Below are positions 46,962 through 58,641 of a stretch of DNA of 64,000 bases, piece by piece (position 1 is the first letter of the stretch; each line of letters begins with the position of its first letter). A model generated the notes under the pieces. That model was not told the DNA's origin, did no database searches, and saw nothing but the letters and a program-made list of their open reading frames with translations. Source of the stretch: Flectonema sp. DT1601 (lineage: Eukaryota). The translations under genes were made by a program, and so were the position numbers. The stretch covers positions 558,001 to 622,000 of the forward strand of contig OZ025790.1 of the NCBI GenBank assembly GCA_964019425.1. The letters are read 5' to 3'.

Positions 46962-49900
46962 CTGGAAAGTATCTGATGGAATCGTTGTTATTGCTGAAAC
47001 CACCGTGAGGGCTTAACTGAAGCTGAATATAAAGGCGTATCTGATTTCGACACACAAAATTGTGATGTAAAAGCATCGTTTCAAAGAATTTTAACATCTA
47101 TAAATTACAGTGAAAAAATATTAGGGCTCTATCGTCCCGACATAAGTACACAAAAAATCAACGATAAACTTCCTGAATTTAAAACCTTCTCGATTCTTCT
47201 CAAGATAGAAGAACCAAATCTAAGACTATTTTTAAGTGCCTCCGGAAGAGGAGGGCTGTTTTTCAGACTAAGGAAAGACCACCCCATGAACCAGATCTTA
47301 AGTGTGATCTGGCTGGGGAGAATGGACCTAAAAACGTCCATATTAGCGCAGGAAAGTGTAAAGAGCACTTATGGAATAGCCCTGTGTAGGGGAAATTATG
47401 GAGTACGGGTAGAGAACGCCTGTAGGGAACAGGTACGAAAAAGTATTGGGGTGAAGTCCCTAGGATACTTCTCGGTAGAGGGTATTCCCAAGGGAGTCCC
47501 AGTGGACAAGATAATTGCGAACTTCGCAACAAAAGATATTGTGGTGAAGCCGATCAAAGTAATTGATGGCAAGTGGGTCCTCAAAATAGAGGATGACTTT
47601 CTGGGAGGAGAGAATAGAATGGTGTTGGAATGGCCAGACCATGGGGTGAAGCTTGCATGCTCCCGAACCGAAAGGCCGAAACCAAAGCTGATAACCCATA
47701 CAGCTGAAGGTGCACCACAGGCAAAGCCTGAATCAGACAAACAAGAAAAAGTGCAACAAAGTGGTATGGAGAGTAAACTTGACAAATTATTGTCGATGAA
47801 TGAGACGTATTTCAATAAAATAGAGAACATTGAAAAAAATGTCGAAATAAGCAACGTTCGTGTTGCGAAAATAGAAAATAATGTTGCAAATCAAAACAAA
47901 AACTTTGAGGCAATCCAAAAACGTTTCATGCAAATTGAAACAAAACTAGAAATACTAATGCCAGGATTAGGGCAGACAGAGATCAGTGGATCTGATGTGG
48001 ACATGTCAAACGGTGAATATGATTGGCATGCAGACCATACTCATAAAAACAACAACCCGTCCCCTCCAATAGACACCAACGTTGAGAAAAGCATAAATGT
48101 GATTAATGACAACTTGCTGGTTCAACGTGGTAATGTCCATCCCAACCCGGAACCAAATAATGAAAGAAACTATACAGACCTTAAAATAATATCAGTAAAC
48201 ACGAGGTCGATGACAACATCAATTGAACTTCTACGTCTCCTTGTTATTAACTATGAACCTGACGTGCTATTAATACAAGAGACATTTTTAACGAAAAATA
48301 AGAAAACACCCGTAATTGAAGATTATAACCCATATAGGAAAGATAGGACACTTCCAACACAAGTAGGTAAACCTATAAGAGGAGGAGGTCTACTAACCTA
48401 TGTTCATGATAAATATAAATTTAAAGAAATCGCGATCACACAAAGTGATTGTGACTTGAAATATCAGCTGTTGAAATACAATGTGATGAACCTCTAATTG
48501 CCTATAACATATATCGTCCACCCCTGCAATATAAAGATACTAGGTGCCCGAATCTTAGCCTAGATTGCATTGACTTGAAAAATAATATGAAAAATGATGT
48601 TGTCATAATGGGAGACTTTAATACACATAACCATATGTGGGAAGAGAATTCCATTGACGACATCAACGGAGAAATCGTATCTGAGTGGATTAGTGAAAAC
48701 AATCTTGTGTGTTGGAATGAGCCATCAATTCCAACAAGGTTGGAATCAAGGACCTCTCCGGACATAACCCTAACGAATACAAATATGAGAATAAAATCCT
48801 GGTCTACCCTTGGAACAGTTAACTCTGATCACTCACCAATGATGATTGTAATACAAAACTCGTGCAAAAATGCTGACTACCAAAAAGTGAAAAAATGTGG
48901 TTTCAACTGGGCCGAAGCTGATTGGACAAACTTCAGTGATGACCTTGAATTAGTCTCTGAGAGAATCCAAAATATTAAAATCAATGAAAAGAAAGCAAAA
49001 GTCTTTAAGAATGAAATATTAAAAGCAAAAAGTAAACACGTACCTAGAATCTATGTGCGTAGGCGAAAAGCGAAGAAGTGGTGGAACTCCGAACTAATGA
49101 AACAGCTTCGTCAATTTGAAGCTAAACAAAAAGAAATTACAGATGACAGCGACCTGAATGATGAAAATATAGCACTACTAAAGAAATTGAATGAAGAGAT
49201 ATGTGAAAAAGTAAAAGAATGTAGGGAACAACAAATTGAAAAAAGAGTGAAAGAATGTGTTACGGAAGATAGATCTCCGAACAAAGATGGCATTTTAAAG
49301 TACATGGATGATGTGAGAAAACTTGACGGGCGGTGTGAAAGGGTAGAAATACCATTTATACACGACCCAAATATGGAAAAAATAATCGACGATAAGGAAA
49401 AAGCTGATTTCTTTACTGATTTCTTCTCAACTATAGTAGGGAAAGATATAAATGAAAAGTACAGACATAACTTCAACATGAATATTAAAGATGACATAGT
49501 TCCGTTCACTTTCTCTGAGGTGATGACACAATTGGGAAAACTACATAGTACCAAATCTTCACCTGACGGAATGAATGCGATCCTGTTGCAAAATCTAAAA
49601 CCCAAAATGCAAAAAACATTAGTTGATATCCTAAATAACTCTTGGTTGAACATGGTAGTACCTAATGACTGGAAACAGGCTTATTGGGTACCGATTGCAA
49701 AGCCCGGAAAAGACCCCCACAATCCAGCATCTCAGAATGATAGCGCTCACCCCTGCGATCGCTAAACTTATCGAAAAATTAATAAAGAACAGGCTTGTAT
49801 ATCACTTAGAAAAACATAACAATGGTGTTAAAAACCTGAGTCATAATCAAGCTGCTTATCGTAAAACGAGATCGTGTAGGGAACAGGTTCTGTACCTAAT

Positions 49901-52727
49901 CGATATACTCAAAGAGAATAGAATAAGAGGGAAAACTTCGGCGGTTGTCTTTATGGATATAAAGAAAGCTTTTGATTCTGTCAACCACCACAAGTTACAA
50001 GAAAGAATGAGAAAGATGTCGATACCTGAAAACTATATTAGGTGGGTCGAAAGCTTTCTGCACAAAAGGACAGCTGCGACTATAATTAACAGCAGGGTAA
50101 GCAAGTACATTAAGCTCACAAATGGAGTCCCGCAGGGAACTGTCCTTGCGAGTATATTATTTGTACTCTACATTGATGAAATAACCGAAATTATAGAGAA
50201 CAAAGCAAACATGTCACTCTATGCAGATGATATTGCATTTGTAGTATCTGACGAAAATTGTGCTGGTAGGCTGTCAAAAAGAGTTCAAACTGTATTTACG
50301 AAAGCGGAAGAACACTTAAACAACATTAATCTTGAGTTGGCGAGAGATAAAACAAAAATAATGATTGTTGACTCGAGTACCTCACGGAAAAAGAAATGCC
50401 AATATAAAATTAAATTTAAAGATAAGACGTGCCTAACAGAAACTGATTCTGAGAGGTTCTTAGGTGTCCAGATTGATAATGATCTATCGTTTTCTGATCA
50501 TGTATCTCAAATATGTAAAAGTGTGAACAAGAAACTTCGCTTCCTAAAAATGCTGGCTGATAAAAGATGGGGTTGTACTAAAAATATAATCAGACTAGTC
50601 TACTTAATATACATCATACCTGTATTTACCTATGCTATCGAGAGTTTGTACAGCACCATTGTACGAAACAGAAAACTAATGCGAAAACTGAATACTCTTC
50701 ATATGAAAGCAGCTCAAATCATAACTGGTGCTGACTACGGAACAAAATTTGAGAAGGTCTTGGAAGAATCCTGCGTAGCGGATCTGAACAGCTACTATCT
50801 TGTTGAAACAGCAAGATGGGCTGCAAAGATCGAACGACTGCGTGCCTCTCCTTGTACCAAAAGATTGATGGAAAAACGAAAAATAAGATATAAACATATG
50901 CAAACATTGTGTTTTGCAATCAAAACGTATAGTGATATTGGTCTCACAGACCTACCAGTAGAACTTTATCCTCCAACTTACTTTCCTCTTTGGAAGGATT
51001 TTGATAAAATAGAAATGAACGAAAATATTGGTGCGAGAAAATGCGAAAACACGAATAGAAATCAAGATATCTGTAAAGAACTTATCAGAAAATTAGAAGA
51101 AAAATATGAAAACAACATACTTGCGACAATATATACTGACGGCTCTGTAAGTGAAGGAGTTGGAGGTGCATCATTTGTAATAAATTTTGAAGAGAAATTC
51201 CTGGAAGGTAAATTCCCGGCAGGAAAAATATGCTCCTCTTTTAGATCGGAGTTATTTGCAATATACCACGCTCTCAATACTTTACTGAAAGTAATAAAGA
51301 AAAAACCAAATAGGGAGTTGGAAGACAAGGCAATTCTAGTTCTCTCAGACTCACAGAGTGCCTTATCTGAACTAAAAAGAGGTCATTGCTACCAACGGGC
51401 TGAGCTAGGTCTTAAATGCTGGATTATCCTGGGAATACTGTGTGAACAGGGTTTGAAAGTTAATATATCTCATATTTTCTCACATTGTGGAATCGAAGGG
51501 AATGAAAGGGCAGATGCTCTTGCTGCTGAAGCAGTACATATGGAACAAGACAAAGTCAAAGTCGATTACAAAACTGTAACGACGAAAATGAAATTCTTAC
51601 ATACAAAAGTTAAAATAGGAAAGAAAGAATCATTTCCTCCGAAATTCAATAGGGAAATGGAAATATTGATCTCTCAAATAAGGATGGGAAAGGCATGCTT
51701 TACCACAAAGCAAACTGGTAATAGATATAGAAATGGATTGTGTCAATGCTGTGAAGTCGAAGACACAGTACAACACTTTGTATGTGAATGCCCTGCATTC
51801 TATAAGGAAAGAAAAACAAACTTCGAATCTCTTATACTATCGGAACAAGAGTTAGAAGGACACGTGAATGAATTCGATGGTATGAAAATACTGTTGAAAT
51901 ATATATGTGAAGTGGGAAAAGGGCTTATCCAAAGGGTGAGGCTCATAAGAAAATAAAGAAACGATGCTTTTGCCCCACTCTTTTGTGAAGGTAGATGCCT
52001 TGTGGTGCCGAAGGAAAGCAGACAGGGGAACAGATGATGAAGAGGATTCTGATGTATGAAGAAGGTGATTCTGATGTCATTTAAAAGATGAAGATTATGT
52101 AGTTACGAAAATGATGAGGATACTGCAGTAAGTTAAATGAACAGAAGAGGTCATCCTACTCCTTGAGAACAAGAAGGGTTCATTGAGAAGCCTGTCATTT
52201 TGCTGTTTAATTATGCTGATAATAACAATTATGCTGATAACATTTATTACGTAACTCTTGCTTAACATTAGACAAATCTAACTAAGTCTTTTGTTCATCT
52301 TGCTCTTCTTAACTTCCATTATGCGAAAAACTTCTTAAGCAAGAGGGAAAGCTGATTGCTGGAAGGAGGGCTGACAGTTTTAAGATGTGGAGAACACTTA
52401 TTTAGATGAAGACGTAAAGTAAATTAGATGTACTCACATGAGGATTATAAACATGTCAACAACTCAAAGAAAAAGGGTTAATCGTGTAACCCGTCAAACC
52501 ATGCTGTTGTAACTATTATGCTGATTAATTTTATTTTTACGTAACTCTTGCTGCACATTAGACTAAACTAGCTCAGTCTTCTGTTTCTCTATTGTATTCC
52601 TTTCTATTTATGAACGAACCTTTTGGGGTCAACTTACCCCGCTCATAAACAGGATATCAAGTGAACAGAGAATTAACCTTCTCTGTATCACAACAAATCC
52701 AGTATCAAAAAAAAAAAAAAAAAAAAA
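46962..52727 (+). mobile_element. Near full-length non-LTR retrotransposon, family B (ORF1-APE-RT-RNase H-Cys/His), copy 2, with at least two frameshifts
   Basis: APE (IISVNTRS, LIQET, MGDFNTH, SDHSP); RT (DIKKAFDSV, GVPQG, YADD, FLGV); RNase H (YTDGS, SDSQS, SHCGIEGNERADALA); CQCC...H...EC. A 3' hairpin (ACAGAGAA/TTCTCTGT) precedes a 21-nt poly(A) at 52707-52727. Confidence 0.95.
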
Positions 52728-55700
52728 TAACCGGAAGAACCTTTATTTATTAAAGGGACCACACAAAATGCCTTCACGCGGCGGTCTCGGAAGGCCCCAG
52801 CTGTTGCATTATTAAGAAACTCCGGAATAGGAAATGCTTATTTCCGGATCAAACCAGTGGCGGGACAGACACCCACTCAGTACACTACAGTGTGGCTGGA
52901 CCGCAAGACAACGAACGAAGAGGCAGTTGGCATACTTAAACCCAACATGACCTCTGCCATGGACTCACCATCATACATGGCAAGATTGGATTGAGGGTGG
53001 TTTACACGAAGGATGTTGACAAGGTGGGAAAGGGTGCTGGCAAATATGCATCCGCAGTGTTTGGCGAAGGGCTCCACCGTCTCAGTGGAGCACCTTACAG
53101 CTGGGGCAACAGACTCCGGAACATCCTATTGGAGATAGGACTGAAGTCGAAGTTTATAAGGATGGATAGAGGTGACTTTATCATCGCACTGGACAAGAAA
53201 CCAGAATCAAGGTTTGTACAGTGTGGTGATATTGTCATCCTCATTGAAAAGTTAGAAACAGAAGTGAAGGCGAAGGAAACAGCGAAACCCGTTGTAGTTA
53301 AGTACCGTGAGGCTAGAACATCGTACGCAGCAGCGGTCAAGAGGTCACTCCCGACAACGAAGAAACCAACGGCCGAAGTACAGGTTGTAGAAAACAACGT
53401 CAACAGCCTGAGAGAGAAAACGAACGAGACTATCGAACGTCTCCAGAAAGAAGTGAAGGACATGCAAGCTCGACTTGATGAAGGCATGGCACAGATAACC
53501 GGGATTGTAGAAACCCTGGTGCAAACTACGAAAAAGAACGAAGCAGCCAACAACAACATGGCGACAGCCATCACTTCGCTAATAGAAGCTGTCAAGAGGA
53601 TTGAGAACAATGGTATGAACAAGATTACTACAAGTGCGACCAACAGGAACAACACTGGCCAATCATGATTGTGATTTGGTCAAATAACATTCGCTCAGTT
53701 CTGAAACCAGAAAATTACTTTCGATTGAACTGGGCACTGAAAGAAGAAAAGCCTGAAGTAGTACTACTGCAGGAAACGTGGTTATCAAAAGAAAAACACT
53801 TCGCTATTGAAGGATATTCAATCCACAGGAGAGACAGCACCATCAAGTCAGGTCATCGAGGACTCGTCACTCTGGTCAGAAATGATTTAAATAAGTTAAT
53901 ATTAAAACACCCCGACATCTCACATGACCAAACTGAGATATTAACAGTAGTACTTCAATCTAATCCGCCATTGACAATTCACAATGTCTACCACTCGCCT
54001 GAAATCAAGGCAACAACATGGAAGTTCAAAACAGAGCCCGGCACATTGATTGCGGGTGACATTAATGGACACCATTCAACTTGGTCAATGGTAATACAAA
54101 CACCACTGGTAACAGCTTCTACAATTGGTCACTAGAAGCAACAATTCGAGTACTAAATAAACCTCAACAACAGAATTAAGAATGTGCAGAAACTTGCTAA
54201 TAGGATCAACAACGAGATTCTGAGAGCAGCGAGTAGGGCCATCCCAGGCTACAACAAAGAAGTCAAGTAGTACCTTCGCTGTGAGGGGTTCAGAATTGGA
54301 AGATTTAATGGCAGAGACTGACCCTGATAAGGCAGACTCAGAAGCAATTGAAAGAGGTATCAACATGATCAAACAGAAGACCATTGAGTGCGACATGACT
54401 GGAATGGACTACCGATGGGCCTTTAGAAAAGTTAAACAACTGGAAGGTAGAATGATGGACCATTCAATTACTAAGATTGTCGACGGTGAGAAGGAATTAA
54501 CTGACCTGCGGGAGGTGGCAGATGTCTTCACCAAAACGTACGCAGACCAATTCAAATTCGAAGACGGTGAACCAACCTTACAAGGAATACCTGATGACAA
54601 CTCGGTGGAATTTGGAATGCCTGAACTGGAACGACAAATTTCAAAAACAAAGGAGAAGAAGGCACCTGACCACATCTGGACCTGACCACATCTGGAACTC
54701 GATGTTAAAACAACTTCCATACCAGCCTCACTGCCCTGCTTACCAGTAATTCCAGTTGTTCGAAGCACTCTTTTGGTAGCATCCAAGCAAAGCTCTCAAC
54801 ACCATAAATCACCCTTGCTAACACCAGTATACTGATGAGTGTCCTCCTTCTGCAGCCTATCCTGGTGAGTCTAACCAACAAGCCTAGACCCTTGGAAGCA
54901 GCTGTCATCATCTTTTGTATTTGCGACTTAAAGGTTAACTTCTCGTCATAATGTACACCCAGGTACCGCACGGTATTCGTCTTGTGAACTTTTCGTCCAA
55001 CCGCATAGGCAAATCCGTGTAATCCAGGTCCCACTCTTTCCAGCATCTTATCTATTTCTGCCTTGTTGTGGGCTTTCTTCAGTTGTGAGTGGCACTTGGC
55101 CTCACGTGAAGCCAGGGTTCTTATTGATTTTGATGTGTGAGTCAAGTGCCCACCTTTCAAATATTTTGACGCGTTGTTAACCAAAAAAAAAAAAAAAGAC
55201 AGTCGGTTCACCAAATCAAAGTTTATGAAGATAGAGAATAACTGGGGTCCCAGCACGCTTCCTTGTGGTACTCCTACTCGAATGTTCCGGAATGCTCCCT
55301 TCACTCCATTCACCCTTGTTGAAATCTTCCTGCTAGTCAAGTAGTTTTGAACCCACGTAGATATTTCGTATTTTGGACATCTTATTCAGAAGAGTTACCG
55401 GAAGGGTTGAACTGCATCGAAGGCTTTTGTAGGTCGAAGGTGATTAATATCGCTTCTTCTCCCATTGCCTTGGCTCTTTTGAGTCTGTCTGTAACTATAC
55501 TGAGATTTTAAATGGAATCCCGTCCTCGTTTGTAGGCTGCTTGCCTCGGATTCATTCTGTCTTTCAACAGATGGTGCATCCGTTCTACGACCATTCTTTC
55601 AAAGAGCTTCGAGATGGTCGAGGTCGAAGGTCGAGGTTAGTGCTATCGGTCTGTACGATAAGACTTGTTTCTTGTCTTTATCAGGTTTCAGTATGGGTAT

Positions 55701-57953
55701 TACCATTCCACTTTTCCAGCACCTGGGTACTGCTGTTGCCATGGGGGGTTGAATAGTCTTAGTAGTTGCTCGAGGCTGGTAACTGGATGTCTGCGGAGCA
55801 CCAAACTACAGGGACCTTACAAAGAAGCCGGCACGCTAAGGCTGAAGGAACACATCCAGTATAATGTGTAGAACTTATGAACGTTTTAAATTGAGTCCGT
55901 CCCTACCGACTCGCAAGCTGACGGGAACAGGGGGTTCAGAATTATTTCAAAAATCGAAATGGGGATGGAATGTCTGGATAGACTATGTCTCTGGCCTTGA
56001 CAATTACCGGGGCATTACCAACCTGGAAGTGAACCCAGAACACTACACTGTCCCTCCATGGGAAAGTACTAATGCGATGAAATTCACATATTCAAGCAAC
56101 AAGGAAGAGGCTGAACAGCGAGAAACTGAACTACCAGCTCACGAGACTTACATGACAGACTCGGCTGCCGCTGTGGTCATGGTTAACGGAAGCAAGATGC
56201 GTCTACTTGGGTATAAAATACCAGTAGCCTCTTATAGGGCCGAGCAGATTGCAGTAAAACTGGCGTTGGGAAATTTAGTTCAGGTGGCAGGGGATGAACA
56301 TGAATCCCTAACAGCAACGACGCACCTGTTGACTGATTCGATGTCAGTCATGCAGGCATTGGGGCAAGGGCCATATAAACAAAGGTCCCCAAAGTTGGCA
56401 ATGAAACTGGGGAAGAAGGGAATCCAAGTCCCGGCACACAGAAACGTGCGGTACAACGAAGTAGCGGACCAACTGGCGAAATTCGCTGCAGGCCTGAAGG
56501 AAGATCCACCTCACGAAGATGTTATTATTAAACAACTGCCCACTCAACTTGACATGGGAACATTGATGACGTTCCACAAGCAGGGAAAACGGGAGAACTG
56601 GATCGGATATCAACATTGAAGGTCAAACCCACGAGGGTGACCCAATGAGCGGGGGCGACCGTAAACGCCATTTTTCCGGGAAGGGAGCTGGGGGAAAGAG
56701 GGGATATTGAATGGAGGGAAAACCACGCGATGTGTGGGGGCCTGTTCCGGAAGGCAAAAAGCGGATCGGAAGACCGCCGAAAAAATCACTTGCCGAACCT
56801 AGGGAAACCTGGAACTCGAGAATCAGTGCACTCTGCGTCATACCGAAAAGTACACCTGGGCAATTACATTTCATCCTAAATAGCTACCTCGTTACCGCCA
56901 TGCAGGCTACCGTCTTACGAAACGATAGGAAACCTTGCTACCACGTAGGTACGCTTGCAAGCTGACTTCGCATCGTATTTCTTTCAATTCCCGATTACTG
57001 AAAGAATTAGGCCATTGTTCTCCTTTCGAGTAGGCAAGAAGATCTACCGGATGACACGTCCCCTGAAGAAGCCCTTGCTGACCTTTATTTGTATTAACAG
57101 CCCGGGTTAATTGTTTTCCCCATAACTTGTGAATTTCAATAGGTAGGTTATTTCTCTGTCACAAGCCTGTTTGCATCAAGCGGCGCTCTCTAGACTAACG
57201 TCACTTCTTTGGAAGCAAGGCAAACCTTCATAGAGCTCTCTTGGAGAAGTTTGGGCCAACAAACCTGTAAACCTGCAAAGTCGGATCGAGTCAATGAAGT
57301 GGTACGAACCTTTGGGGAATGGGCATTACATTCATGTGAAGCCGAACGGAACAAGCAGCCCTGTGTACTCGTACTAGCATACTTTTCAATTTGTTGTGGC
57401 CACAGCAGAACTTGTGAAAGACAACAGTAAAAAAGAAGGAAGACTATGCTGTCACTCACTTTTACGTGGTGCCGCCACATAGAATAAAGACAAAGCTGCC
57501 GAACAAACCAACAACAATAAAAACACTAAAGATGGATGCTCAGCGCTTCCCCCCAACTAAAGAAAGTTCACAATCGAGGGGGGATAGATAAGATGCTGGA
57601 AACAGTGAGTGGGGCCAGGACACCGCACTTGCAACTGGACGTAAAGTACATAAGATGAAAGTTGCAAGGTACTGGGGCACGTCTCAAAATTCCATTTAGG
57701 TAATTTGCCACCGAAACTGAGCACCTGGTGCCGGTGTCCCGTCGAATCGAAACGGCCCGGTACAACCTCTACGCAGAAGTAATCTGCACCACAGTGTAGA
57801 TTCTTCTAAGTGATCTCAGGCTTTAAGTCATCAAAACAAAGATACGAAGCCTAGGGTCCCCACCCCCAAAACAAAGAAAGTAAGAAAGAAAGAAAAAGAA
57901 CAACCGCCTAACAGCGCAATCAGCTCACAGGTCGTGGTGCACAAAAAAAAAAA
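52728..57953 (+). mobile_element. Decayed full-length family A non-LTR retrotransposon, copy 3 (internal inversion and insertion)
   Basis: ORF1 remnant (52991-53668) overlaps the APE start via ATGA. APE motifs (WSNNIRS, LLQETW, AGDINGH); the RT core is inverted (GVPQGSVLGP on the - strand); 55772-56606 is homologous to copy 1; the 3' UTR and 11-nt poly(A) (57831-57953) match copy 1. Confidence 0.9.
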
Positions 57954-58641
57954 GCTCTCGCTATTGCAACTGACACCAGGGCGCAGATGAGGGTTCTTTA
58001 GGCAATCCCGGCCAAGGCATCCATATCCTTGAAGGCAGTGAGGGCCTACTCCCAGAGAAGGCTGCACAGCTTGTGCGGTTTTAGATGGGGATTTTGAAAA
58101 TAACTTACCGGAAAACGGAAGCACTGCCGGTCTCGAAGGCCTGTGGATGCTGGTTGGCTGCACTGACTGCCATCATGCTGATGGTGGGCAGTTTAGATTC
58201 CAGTTGCTTAACTGGATGATCAAGACCTGCACATACCCAATGTTGTATGGGCTTGATCACCAGCCCTGGGGGTAATTCCCATTACTGGGAGGTACCTTGT
58301 GCATTCAAAGGGCAGTGTTGCTGAAGTGGGCAAGGGACTTAGGCATGCAGGTTTGCCAGGATGTAACTCGTCCATTTTTGTTTCAAGCAGGCGCAGTGCA
58401 GATCTTGCCATGCGAACGGGCATCGAGGAGTAATTGAAAGCAAAACAGAAAGTAGTTCCAAGGCTGAACAGGCAACCCTGAAGTTGATTAGGGTTTGGAA
58501 AAGCAACCTCTGCCTTGGGCCCAGATGTGTAATTACGAGGGGCTTTCAGTGATTCTAAATTTGATCTGGATGAGCTGCGAGGTGGTTGCGGCACAGCTGA
58601 ACCCCCTCGATACTAGAAGAACAGCAGATGGTTAGAAAATT

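Noticed and set aside
46972..47000. Hammerhead-like CTGATGG...GAAAC at the family B 5' end
   Set aside because: The core deviates from CUGANGA and no convincing stems I-III were found; no HDV-like fold was recognised either.
47396..53655. Minus-strand ORFs over the LINEs and other antisense ORFs over genes
   Set aside because: They are antisense shadows of the real coding frames.
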